A stretch of 64,000 bases of DNA. Origin: Peribolospora baueri (Eukaryota). Shown here piece by piece: positions 52,301 through 63,676 of the stretch (positions within the stretch are counted from its first letter, which is position 1; each line of letters opens with the position of its first letter). The position numbers and the translations under genes are program-made. The notes under the pieces were generated by a model that saw only the letters and a list, made by a program, of their open reading frames with translations, had not been told where the DNA came from and ran no database searches. The DNA is taken from contig JAMDHS010000012.1 in assembly GCA_029717555.1 (NCBI GenBank), positions 62,001 through 126,000 on the forward strand. The letters run 5' to 3'.

Positions 52301-53402
52301 TTGACGCGCTTCCTTCATCGCACCGCAGCTGCGCGCGCTGAAATACGAGCGCCGCAAGCTCCGACACCAACTGCACAAGCTGACGACGGATCAGAAGGAC
52401 GCCAAGGCGGACAACAAGCCCGAGTCGGGGGACAAGAAGCTGGTGAAGGACGCAGAGTCGGATCTGGATGACGAGTGGATCGCGCAGTACGAAGACAACC
52501 TTTACGAGCAGAAGACGGAGAAGTTGAAGGCCAAGTTTGAGAAGGATCAGGTACTCAAGGCGGAAGAGTGAGTTTTGGTTTCGCCGGTCGACGCCACTCG
52601 CTTTCCACTGCTCTGCCTTTCTGAGGCGGCGCAAAGACGGAGGCGGCGATCCCTTGTCAGCTTCGTTGATGCATGCGATACTGTCCCGTTGCCGACCTCG
52701 CAGTGATGACAAGAGGATGACGAAAGAGCAGCTCGACGAGAAGCTGGGAGCGCTCAAGGAGGAGTTCGCACGACTGAAGAAAGAGCGTGGCAAGACCAAG
52801 GCCGACGGAGGCGTGTCGGCGGCGAGCGTTAGGAAGAAGCTAGCGACCATGGATAAGAGGATCGAGAAGTTTAGGACGCAGATGTGAGTCCGCTGTGATC
52901 TCTTCACTTGCGGTGCCGCTCGCCGTTCACCACGTTGGACACTGTGGACGGACCGACCGTGTTAACCTAACCATGTCGCTACCGTGCGTATAGGACGGAC
53001 AAAGACGAGAACAAGGAGACATCGCTCGGAACGTCCAAGATGAACTACATCGTAAGTAGTTCCCTGCGGTTGTTGGCCTCCTCATTTCTACTGCCGAGGC
53101 GGTTCTCTGAGTACAAATAAATGGATTGATTGGTGAATGGTGTTATAGGACCCTCGAATCACGTTCGCTTGGTGCAAGAAATATGACGTCCCCATCTCGC
53201 GAGTGTTCGCCAAAACGCTCCAGGACAAATGTGCGTCCCTTCCGTCGCTTCTCAGCTGTCCTTTATGGGTGTCGCCTCGCCCTCGTGCTGCTCTTGCTGA
53301 ACTGAACTGAACTGGCTGCGGACCCTGTTTCGCTCCTCGTCGGTCCTCCCTCGTCCGCCAGTCGCTTGGGCCAAGGATGTGGACGAGGGTTACAAATTCT
53401 GA
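49360..53402 (+). CDS. TOP1: DNA topoisomerase I (type IB), multi-exon
   Basis: [85 protein letters not shown], and catalytic-Tyr motif [15 protein letters not shown] (split by an intron). Confidence 0.97.
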
Positions 53403-54031
53403 AGAGGTCCTTCCGCGGCCCTTTCCACTGTCCTCGTAATTTTGGTCCGGTCGGACTCCCATTTCTAGAACTCGCAATACGGATTTCCCACCCGCTTAAA
53501 ACTGCGTCTCTTTCCTTTCTATGCTCCGTTCTCAGCCCGGCGAGGCACCCTTCTCGATTTTCCCTCTTTCTTTTCCAAACTTTTTTGACATTCGCAAGTT
53601 GCTCACGCCCATCATCTCGCCTTTTCTCAAACCCTTTCCGTCCGTCCGCCTCGGGATTCCGACAAGATATTAAAAAAAAAATTGAAGATCGGAGAAGAGA
53701 AGATGGAGCGGTGTTTCTCGCTGTATTACTAGGCAATCTAGGCAACTCCCATGTTCCCCTCCGGTCGCCAATGTTTGTTGTAGACAGGATATTTGGCTGG
53801 ATTAAGGGGGGTCAACGGGGTAAGATGATTTCGCTTCGAACGGTATTGAGGTATCGAATGAGATATCGGCCGGGGACGGGCGGTCAGACGTGCTCTAGTC
53901 ATGGATGAACGACGATGGAAACACGGGAAAGGGGCATCTAAGGTCGTCGTCGTGTCGCCTGATGCCGAGAGCGTTTGTTCCGTTCCTCCCATTCCGCTTC
54001 CTCTCAGCCCCAGGTCCCGAGAAACATCGCA

Positions 54032-55102
54032 TCACTTGAGCGCGACGGCGGCCTTAATGAAGAGGGTGAATATGGAGCCCATGCCGAGCCCGAAGGCGAT
54101 CGAGCGCAAGAAGGCCAGCTTTTCCGAATTGGTGTAGATGTAGAGGAGAGCTGTGAAGGAGTGCGATGTGCGATGCGACGGGATGAAGGTATGCGAGGCG
54201 GAGGAGGTGAGCGCTGAGCTCTAGTTCGAGGACGACCGGCCGCGCCAGCTGGAGTGTGTCCGTGGCCGATGACGCACGAGAGGAAGGAAAGAAGGGGACG
54301 ATAGCCGAACTGGCAGCCAGGCGGACGGAAGAGGGGAAAGGCTAATAAGACTCACAGTACGCGATGCGAGAAGCGACGTAGAAGAAGGCGAGCTTGTTGA
54401 GCAGCGCGGGATCGAGCTTGACCACGCTGCCGGCCAAGACGGCGGTGGCGAAGAGGGGGAGGTTCTGCACACGTGTGCACGGTGGGGGAGGAGGGGGAAG
54501 AAAGAACGTCGACGGTCAGTGTCGGCGTCGAGGCCAGGGAGGGACGCGGAAGATGAATGTGCACAAGCAAGCACGGTCTGGAGGGAGACTTGGCTGGGGA
54601 TAGCGCACCTCGAAAGTGTTTTGCTGAGCCGCCTCGGCCCTGATGATCCTGTAGTGGGCGGGCGTCTTGACCTGGGCTCTGTTCAGCGCGGCCACGTATC
54701 CGCGAGGGCTAGAGGGTCCATCACACCGGACGGAGGAGGGACGAAGGAGGGCGGGTTGAGCAAGACAGGGAGAGAGCAGCAAGAGCATCGTCATCGAACG
54801 GCCCGCGCCATTCCTTCCTCGAAACGCTCACTTCGCATTCTGGAAGCCCGGCACGTCCTTGCTTATCTTGGAGGTGATGATAGCGTACCAGTGCGTCGTC
54901 ATCCCCACCATGAAAGCGGCGGGCTAGGGGGGCAACGCACAGATTGGGAAAGAGGGAGAACGGGTTGGGAGCGAGGTGAGCGAATAGACCGCGCGCCGAT
55001 CCCGATCTCGACACGTGAAAGTGCAGACAGAAGAAGGCAGGGCGTGCTCACGACCGCCAGAAGGGAGTAGTTGGTGTGGGCGAATTCAGCGAGGGAAGAC
55101 AT
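54032..55102 (-). CDS. MAPEG-family membrane protein, 5 exons
   Basis: Spliced NYSLLAV-PAAFMVGMTTHWYAI..FQNAN-PRGYV..RAEAAQQNTFE-NLPLFATAVLAG..FYVASRIAY-SLLYI..LRSIAFGLG. The R-A-x-A-A-x-x-N-x-x-E-N-L-P motif is typical of MAPEG. Confidence 0.82.
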
Positions 55103-56310
55103 GATGTCTGGAATGGGGAGAGAGAGACGAAGAGGAAGCGTGGAGGTAAAGAATAAAAGGTCAAGGTGATCGTCGTTCTTGTGCGTGCTGGGTTGGGGGA
55201 CTGACGAGGCCTTAGCCGGCGTGCGTCACCGGGAAGATTAGCCGGCGTCATCCACGAAGCCTTCTTCCCCGTACATTCGTCATCCGTGTAGGCTGGTCGG
55301 TTGGTTCGCCGGCGTGGGCCATGTCAGCTAGTAGTCTGTTAGTTATCGCGATCCACGACGCCTTTGGTGGGACCACTTCGAGCAGGCTTCCGTTGGGTCC
55401 CGCCAGCTCTGGTCGGAGCACGAGAGGCAGACAGATGGTGGAAGATGCACGGTGGTCACTGGTGTCAACGCTCGGACCTCTCACCCACGTTTCGCCCGGT
55501 GTGAGCTCGACTTGGGCCCAGCGGCAGCGATACACGAAAACGTATCTATCGAGTGTCTTCGTTTCTTCGCTAACCCTCCGCCGTCCTCGTTCGCTCTTCC
55601 TCAACTTTCACTCGCCAGCAGACGGACATGGAACTCTCTGCTGTGCCAAGCACCGCTTGAGGATTGGCCAAATAAGCCGTTTCACGCGCAAGCCTCTTCA
55701 TGGTTTCACTCTCGGAGCCCCAAGCGACGGCACCTGAGATTCGATCCGGCCGTCAAGCGAGCGAGCGAGACTGCGCTCCGTCGTCAGGTCTAACTAAGCT
55801 GCGCGCATGTCGTCATCTAGGACTACCAACCTCGTCCGGCGTTCCAGCCCGCCTCGAGCCGGATGCACCGACGGCCGCCGTCCTGTCTCCATCTTCGAGC
55901 CTCGCCAGGGCTTCCACGTCCGACTGGTGACTCCATGGGCGGCGAAGCCTGATAAAGTCCCGCGCTGGCGTTCAGCTCCCGGCCAAGGTCGCCTCAAGTC
56001 GCTGCACTGCCTCCAGGCGGCCGTATGCCTTGCACGGCGTCTGTCGTCGTGCCCGCCCTCGCCTTGCCCGCTTCACTCGGACGAGGTCTCGCGAAAATTC
56101 GCCAAGTCGCGCGGTGGCTGTGTTAGTTTCCATCGTCGAGGAAGGCGTCAGACGGCGAGAGCGTCGGTCGAAGAGCGGGCCTAGGAAGCAGGAATGAACG
56201 CTAGTCATAACATGGTATCGCGCTCGTCTATCCAGCGCTACGGGCTGAAATGCATGGACATCCATATATCATCCGGCCTCTCGTGCCCTGCGACGCTCCA
56301 CCGTCCTTCC

Positions 56311-57791
56311 TCAGTCGTCCCAGATGTCGTCGTCATCGTCCGCTATTGCGGCCCTGCCAAAGCCCATAATGGGCTTCTGTGTTGATGCACGTTGTGGTGG
56401 TTGGATCACACCTGGGACGTTGAGGGGGGGAGGGGAAAAGAGAGGTAAGAGCGGATTAAGCAGAGGCGCAAGATGGCACGTGCGTCCAGACGTAAACGTC
56501 GGTAGGAGAAGCCTGCCTAGATCTAATCACCGCTTTGACTCAATCGTAGCTCGAGAGACGAGGTGGTGAAGTTGTCCGTATTGCCCACGTCTTCGAAGCC
56601 CACAATCCTGATAGAGAGTGAGAGGAGCAGAGCAAGGGAGGGATGGCTAGTGAGAATCTCATATGGCGCACGAAGAGGATGGACTTTCTAAGCCTCAAAG
56701 GACACCGGCACATTCCGAAGAAGAGAGGCGCGATTGTGTGCAAAGGCTCGGGTCAGAACGCACCTGTCCTTGGTCGCACCGTCCACGAAACATATCACGC
56801 AAGGCAGGACCTTGATGCCCAAGCGCTCCACGAGCCAGGGCACAGACTCAACGAACACCTTTATGAACCGAGTCTTAAAGTGTCGCGGTGCGATTTGCTG
56901 GCGACGGCGAGACGATGGAGAAGAAGAGAGGAGAGGGTGAGAGACGAAGCTTGGTCAGGACAGTCGCTTCGTCCTGACTTTTGCCTGCTCGTCGGCACCG
57001 GCCCCAAGGAAAGCCCCCCGGCTCGTCTCAAGCGACTCACCTCAAGGTGCTTATCCATGATCTTACACCTCGTGAAATCCCGATGATAAAAGTGCACGAC
57101 GCAGAACTTCTCCTTGGCGGTCACGTTCATCACCTCCTTCTCGTTCGTGATCTCTGAGAGCACACCGTGCGAGGACTCGCGCATGTCGCGCACTCGGGAC
57201 ATTCTTCGGAGGCCAAGAACGAGGATAGTAAGTGGATGGGGAACACGAGGACGGACTTGTAGGAAGGCGCAAGGACGTTTGCAACGCCGCGCGGAGGAAG
57301 GTCAGGTCGAAAGGAAAGACAGGACCACTCACTCTGTTTTCAATTGCTCCAACCTTGCCTCCCTAAACTGGATGTAGTCAAACCCATGCGATCCATCTTC
57401 CTCCCTCTCCAGTTCTTCCAGCAGCTCAGAGTCGCTTATCTCGTCGTCGTCGTCCGCGGCCCCTGCACCTTTTCTTCCCTCGTCTTCCTCGTTCCCCTTC
57501 TCCGCATACTGCCCCCACCCTCCCGCCGAACCCTGGATCTTGCCCTTGCCCACTGGCGGAGGAGAGGCGGAACGTGCACGCGCCGTGATGGAGCCATGGA
57601 GCGAGTCTGCCAGCTCTGTGAGCGGCGCGGCGTCGATGTCTTCCTCTTTAGGCACGGCGTAGAGCGGTCTGAGTAGTTTGACGGGCGGGCGGGAGAAGGT
57701 GAAGAGAATTTGGGGGATCGAATGTTTAGACCTTTCGTCCTTCCTCCCCCTCGCCTCGTAAAAGCGCTGCTCATGGGACCCACTCTGACAT
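56311..57791 (-). CDS. PLP1: Phosducin-like / thioredoxin-fold protein (Plp1/TXNDC9 type), multi-exon
   Basis: 8-nt first coding exon (ATGTCAGA) gives MSEPLYAVPKEE. Also FREARLEQLK, CVVHFYHRDFTRCKIMDKHLE, TRFIKVFVESVPWLVERLGIKVLPCV, IVGFEDVGNTDNFTT and an acidic C-terminus. Confidence 0.87.
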
Positions 57792-58112
57792 TCTTGAGAT
57801 TGTGTCGCCGCGCCCGGGCGAGGATAAGATATGAATATCCTCGGTCGTCGTCTGTCACCGCTGGACCGAGAAGAACGATCGCACCCCCCATCTCGCCCGC
57901 GCATCCGTCCTCGCCGCAGCTTTTCTTAATCACACATGCAAAGTTTGTAATTGTGGGCTTGAAATTTGGAAGACCCGAGTTGTGCCCCGTGCGTTGTCGC
58001 AGCGCTGGAAAGAAGCCTCGGAATTCAAACCTCCATGACTGCCTTCTCGTCACCTCGCCTTGCCGTTCCCGTCTTTTGTAGCCAGGTGACCCCCCAGACG
58101 GCCAAGCTCGCC

Positions 58113-59670
58113 ATGTCGCCTACGCTCAGTCTCTCGGCGCTCCTGCCTACGCCGACGACGCTTCTCCTCCGCTTCCTCTCCATCGGCCCGATCCCAGCAC
58201 ACATTGCCTTCGTCATGGACGGCAACAGGCGCTGGGCCACCTCGCATCACCGGGACGTCAAGGAAGGGCACAAGGACGGCTTCGAGGCGCTTAAGCGGGT
58301 GCTCGAGATGTGTCTCGAGTTGCACGGTCTTCGAGCCGTCTCCGTGTACGCCTTTGCCATCGAGAACTTTCACAGACCGAGGGAGGAGGTGGAGACGCTG
58401 ATGGGCATGGCCAAGACCAAGCTGATTGAGATGTGCGGGCACGGGTGCGTACAAAGGGAGAAGGGGATTTCCAGTTGGAGATCACACAGTGTCCCCCAGC
58501 GGCTCATCTTTTTGTGCTCCAACTTTCTTCATGACCCATTTCCCCCTCGCTCCTTCCCTTCTCGTTCAGCGAGCTCATAGCGAGACATAACGTGCGAGTG
58601 AAAATCGTGGGGGCGAGACATCTTTTACCCCCGGACGTGCGGGCAGCGATGGAGGAGGTGGAGGGGATAACGGCCAGCCATACGGGGTGAGTTGTCGTCC
58701 GTCCTCATCATTACATTTGTTATGTCCCACCTGCCCCCAAGGACGCGCTGCATCCAACGCTGACCCGAAACTTGCCGCCGCCCGCATCTCGTTCATCAAG
58801 AACGACGCTGAACATCTGCATGCCTTACGCCTCCCGAGACGAGATGGCTTCCGCCATTCGACTATCCATCCAAGACAAGCTCATCGACGCCGGCACGCCC
58901 TCTTCTCCTTCTCCTTCCCCCCCCTCTTGTCCCGATACGCAGACGCTGACACCGACGTTGACATCGACGACTGTCCCCTGTCCCCCCACCTCGGCGGGTA
59001 CGACCCCGATCACCGTGCAAGACATCGCCGATCACCTTCAGATCTCGCCCACGGACCCGCAAGTGGACGTGCTCGTGCGCACGTCTGGCGTGAGCAGGTT
59101 GAGCGACTTTCTGCTCTGGCAGGTGAGTCCGGTTGGCGGTCGACTTGTGTGAGCACCAGGTGGCATTACGGGAAGGATTCCAGCCTGGAACGGTTCGGTC
59201 TCGCCCAGTCGGGCCTTTTTCTTTGGGACGGGTCCAGAGGAGGAAAGGAAGGCGGTGTGTTCTGACCTCTGACGGAAAGAAGAAAAGCGCAATCTGTTCC
59301 CGTATTTTGCGAATTCCGTCCAGCTATAAGGCCATCAAACTGACGCTCTTCCATTCGCGACTCTCACATTCGTCTCCATTCCCCTCGCCTCTTGTCTCCT
59401 CTCCTCGCGTCCCCCTCTCCCCGAACTGACCGGCGAAACCAGTGCAACTCGACGACGCAAATCCATTTTGTATCTTCCTACTGGCCCTCCTTCGGCCTCC
59501 GAGACTTGGTTCCCATCCTGCTACACTTCCAGCGCGAGGTGTGGTGGCGAAAAATGTCCGCATGGTGGTTTGCGGAGGAGGGGGACGGGGAGGGTAGGAC
59601 GGGTGAAGGGGAAGGGGGAAGGGAAAGGAAGCGGGACGGTTCGGAGAGGCAGACGTACAAGGGGCGATGA
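58113..59670 (+). CDS. RER2: cis-prenyltransferase / dehydrodolichyl diphosphate synthase catalytic subunit, 4 exons
   Basis: PAHIAFVMDGNRRWA, VSVYAFAIENFHRP, TLNICMPYASRDE, DVLVRTSGVSRLSDFLLWQ and YWPSF. Confidence 0.92.
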
Positions 59671-60339
59671 CGAAGATCCCTTTCCGTTCCTTTCCTGTCG
59701 CGTTGTACGCATTCTCGCTATGACAACCCCCTCCCCCCAGGAGAGACGCGACGCGATGCGACGCGACGTGTGGCGAATAGCGGACGCCATGTTCCGTTCG
59801 TCCCCAACCCCTCGAAGCTTGATGGCTGTGGCCGTAAGGTCGAATGAAAAGTGGGAGGCGCATGACTTTGATGAAAGGGTGAATGGCTCGTCTCAGATGG
59901 AAGGAAAACGTGGCTGGGGCGGTTGAGTTTTGCTTCAGGGAGGAGGAATAGGGAGATGGGAATGCTCGGACCGCGTCTGACATGGGTACGCCTTTTACGC
60001 CGCTGCGAGCCAGGTTATGGGAGCCGGCCGTCGGACGGAGAGACGAGCGATATACGCGCTGCCTCCGGGTCGAGAAACGACGTCCATCGACCGTCGTCAT
60101 CATGTGTCGTCGTCTCGTCTTGTCGTCCGAGCGTCACCCTGGATCGCTTTTGGATGGCCAGTCGAAGCTGCGTACGTTCAGACGTGAGCGGTGTGGCGGA
60201 ACGAACAAAGAAGAGAGCTGTAGGTCAGTTCATTTCAACAAAAGTTTCTTTTGCGGGACGTCATCATAGAGGTTTCCCAGATCGGACGACCATCGATTCG
60301 AACGTGGGGGCAGGGGGTCCTCGAACGACGTCGCTATCC

Positions 60340-60960
60340 CAAAGTGAATGAAAAATTCAACCGAGGCAGACCCTCTCAAATGGGCAACAGCGCACCGTCT
60401 CTAGCCACGAGCTCTAGTATACCGGCATTCGTCCCCCTTGTTTATTGACACCCTAGTCAAAAACAATGAGGTACACAACATTGCCGGTAAACCTCTGTCA
60501 CTCCAGGTCAAACGGACCCTAGCTTTCAATATGAAGTTTATTCCGAAATCTAGAATGTCAGACGCCGAATGGTCAGGTGACGTATGTGCGGTAAGTCGCG
60601 TGGCTAGCATTAGGGTCGTAATCCAACTGCACGCGTTTAACGCGACTCTCCCTTGGATAGATCTCTTGTTTGACGCGTTGAAAAGGTCACCGAGGCTCTT
60701 CTTCTGCTGCTTTGTTTTATCCCTGGGTTTATCCTTGGATGGCCTGGAAGGTTCCGAGGATTGGGGTACATGCAGCGATGACCTGCTGGAAGTGGCCTTG
60801 GAGGTACTACTAGCGGTTTCAGAAGAAGGTCCTGAGGTAGGGAGGGTACTGCTACGCAGTCGCCTCTCCACTACCTCGTTAACCATTTCCTGTAAAGTCG
60901 TTGAGCCATGAGTATTAATGACATCATGTTGACTGCGTAGGAAAGGGTTCAGCTCTAACC
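60340..60960. mobile_element. Degenerate low-GC insertion, possibly an internally inverted fragment of a Penelope-like retroelement
   Basis: GC drops (line 60481-60540 counts 45%, versus 70% for 61321-61380). The + strand encodes VHNIAGKPLSLQVKRTLAFNMKFIP, resembling the pre-RT N-L-S..L-x-x-G-L-K-F-x-P motif of PLE proteins. The - strand encodes TLQEMVNEVVERRL followed by a Ser/Lys-rich tract. No RT motifs present. Confidence 0.4.
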
Positions 60961-61681
60961 ACGCTTACGTGACCTCGTGCCTGGTGAAGCGCAGGACGAG
61001 GGCGTGGTCGGGAAGGAAGGGGCGCTCGACGAAGGCGCGCTCGCAGCTCTCCTTGTTACTCCTCCAGTTCCGGAGGAAGAACCAGAGAATGCTCTTCTCA
61101 CGGTCGAAGAAGGTGGTCGAGAACGACTCGACGCACCCGCTCCTACCGAACAGCTCCTTCTTGGCCCAGCATCTTGCCACGGTCCGCTTGAGCAGCCTGG
61201 CGAAGGTGAACAAGAAGGGTAGTCGAGGTAGACGAGGTGCGTGGCTTTGGACAATGTGAGGTCCAGAACGTGCGAGTAGAAGCCGTCCACCGTGCAGGAA
61301 GGGTGCTGGCGCAGCGTCGCCTCGACGTCCGACCGGAACTCGGGCCAGGGCACCTCGACCCAGTCGTCGCGAGACGATCGAGCTCGACGTGGGCGATGCC
61401 CAGCGCATCCGCAAGCTGCTTCGCGAGCGTGGACTGTGGGGACGCGAAGTCAAAGTCAGCCGTGTCAAAAAGAAGGGCGATCAAGCCAGTGAGCAACCAC
61501 GAGGAAAAACATTTAGTCACAAGAGCGACTCGTAAAGGGGGAGGCGGAAGAGAGAGGATGCACGAGGAGCGCGTGGATTCGACTAGCTAGCTACCTTTCC
61601 CGAGCCACACATGCCGATGATGACGATCCGGATCGCGGGCGATGAGTTGGTCGGCGTCGTCTTCGACGATGTGGATGCCAT
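60871..61681 (-). pseudogene. Adenylate-kinase-like / FlaR-type P-loop kinase with two frameshifts
   Basis: Exon 1 (61681-61595) RIVIIGMCGSGK plus exon 2 STLAKQLADALGIAHVELDRL, frameshift at about 61372, then RDDWVEVPWPEFR..TVDGFYS..ATHLVYLDY, frameshift at about 61217, then FLFTFARLLKRT..ELFG..VESF..SILWF. Confidence 0.75.
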
Positions 61682-62164
61682 GGCGAGCGGGTGTTGGCCG
61701 GAAAGGTCAAGACTTGGCCTTGGCCCCTCGACCAGGGCCCGAGTGGTCCACTTTTTATGGCCGTCGATGTCGACGAGCCAAAGGAATGACTCGATCCACC
61801 ATCACGTGGCGCGTAGTGCTCGCAGTGTGGCAGTCCCGCGCGCTCGGGCAACCCATGCGGCAGTCACGATACGACGTCCAACCAGGAGAGGACATGGACG
61901 ACACGACGACCCGACGACGACGACGACAACCGGGACGAAGGAAGGAAAAGGCGATTCGACGAGAGCAGCTTCCGTGTCATGGAGTGGGATGAGATGAGAG
62001 GGATTGGATACATTGTCGATGTACGTGACACGAGAGAAGAGCTTGTAAGGCACGGCGGGGTCGAGGAACCATTTCAAAGAAACGAAGGGCACAAAGCCAA
62101 ACTGGACGCGGAAGGATGGGACACAAATAAGGACAAGGACAGACGATTGCACCAACGCAAGGGT

Positions 62165-63598
62165 TCAAGCGGCGACGGCGACGGGCTTGCTCTCCGTCAG
62201 CGTCTCCATGCCCTCGCCTTTGCCGTTCAACACGTTGAGATCTACGAGCGCGCTGTCCACCTCCTCGCCCCTCTCCTTCCTCAAGGCCTTGACGGCGCGG
62301 CACTCCTGCACAAAGTCGGAGAACATGCCGATCGTGTCCAGGGGTCCTCCCGCCGACTCGGGGTGGAACTGCACGCCCCAGATCTTCTTGCCCGAATCGT
62401 TCGTGCTCTTCACACCCTCCACCGAAGCGTCATTGGCGTTGATGAAGAAGGGCTCCCAGCCGTCGGGGAACTTGTCCTCGAGCGTGAGGGCATACTGGTG
62501 GTTCTGGCTCGTAATGTAGCATCGGCCCGCTTTAATCGAGGCAGCGTCGGCGAGGGCGAGCACGGGCTGGTTGTGGCCGCGATTGCCGAAGCGCATGCGG
62601 TGTGTCTTGAGACCGGCGGCCATGCCGATAATCTGGTTGCCCATGCAGATGCCAAAGATGGGTCGCTCGCCCCATTCTGGCGAGTTCATCACCTTGCGCA
62701 CATTGGACGCTGCCAGGCTGCAGTGCTGCGGGTCGCCAGGACCGTTGGAGAGAAAGAGACCGTCGAAGGAAGACATGATCGTCGACATGTCCGTGTCCCA
62801 CGGCAGCACGGTCACAGACGCGCCGCGACGGACGAGCGAGCGGAGGATGTTGGCCTTGGTGCCGAAGTCGAGCACGGCGATCTTGACGTCGCCGGTGGGG
62901 TTGAGCGTGTAGGCCTGCTTGGTGGACACCTTGGCCACCTGGTTGTCTTCCGTCGGGTCCCAGTACTCGCTCACGGGGTCGAGGTGCGAGGGTCCGACAG
63001 CGAGCTTACCGAGCGTGGTGCCTTGCTCGCGAAGGACGCTCGTGATGGCGCGCGTGTCGACGCCGGTGATGCCCGGGATGCCGTAGCGGTGGCACCACTC
63101 TGACAGGCTGTTTACGGCGGTGTAGTGGCTGTACCGGTCCGCGAGGTCAGCCACGATCACACCGGCGACCTGAACTTTACGCGACTCGAGGAGACATCCG
63201 ACGTCGATGCCGTCACCGAAGCCGTACGAGCCACTGGCGGAGGGCGAGGCATAGTTGTCCGGGACGCCGTAGTTGCCGATCATGGGTGTGGTGAAGACGA
63301 GGATCTGGCCGTCGTACGACGGGTCTGTCAGAGACTCAGTGTAGGAGGTGATCGAGGTGGAGAAGACGGTCTCTCCGAACGACGAACGAGGGGCGCCGAA
63401 CGCACGGCCGGTGAACTTCTCGCCCGACTTGAGATGCAGCGTTGCGGGTAGGTGAGGGTGCGAAGGCGGCTGGGTGGACGGGCGATAGCCGGACTCGACG
63501 GTAGCGAAGGCGCGAGAAGGGCCAACGGTCGCACGAGCGAAGACGGCCGAACGAAGGACGCCGACGTTCGCAGCGCTGGGACGGAGGAGGGCAATCAT
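62165..63598 (-). CDS. CPA1: Arginine-specific carbamoyl-phosphate synthetase small (glutaminase) subunit with mitochondrial-type presequence, 477 aa
   Basis: GETVFSTSITSYTESLTDPSYDGQILVFTTPMIGNYG, GVDTRAIT, FLSNGPGDP, FGICMGNQ (nucleophile Cys), GNRGHNQP, SQNHQYA, VQFHPESAGGP. Confidence 0.97.
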   Translation of the reverse strand: MIALLRPSAANVGVLRSAVFARATVGPSRAFATVESGYRPSTQPPSHPHLPATLHLKSGEKFTGRAFGAPRSSFGETVFSTSITSYTESLTDPSYDGQILVFTTPMIGNYGVPDNYASPSASGSYGFGDGIDVGCLLESRKVQVAGVIVADLADRYSHYTAVNSLSEWCHRYGIPGITGVDTRAITSVLREQGTTLGKLAVGPSHLDPVSEYWDPTEDNQVAKVSTKQAYTLNPTGDVKIAVLDFGTKANILRSLVRRGASVTVLPWDTDMSTIMSSFDGLFLSNGPGDPQHCSLAASNVRKVMNSPEWGERPIFGICMGNQIIGMAAGLKTHRMRFGNRGHNQPVLALADAASIKAGRCYITSQNHQYALTLEDKFPDGWEPFFINANDASVEGVKSTNDSGKKIWGVQFHPESAGGPLDTIGMFSDFVQECRAVKALRKERGEEVDSALVDLNVLNGKGEGMETLTESKPVAVAA

Positions 63599-63676
63599 TC
63601 TGCTTATTTGAGAGAGAGGGGTTGGAAGATAGTTGAAGAAAGAAGACGAAGAACTGGCGTTGCCTGTTTGTCAAGT

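Noticed and set aside
55248..56265. Short ORFs between the MAPEG gene and PLP1
   Set aside because: No recognisable motifs or coherent splice model.
60244..60270. Hammerhead-like ATGATGA..GAAAC on the minus strand next to the putative PLE relic
   Set aside because: Core is ATGATGA rather than CTGANGA and stem II cannot form. Other CTGATGA sites checked also lack the GAAA core.
61979..63103. 374-aa ORF antisense to CPA1
   Set aside because: Same antisense shadow effect.
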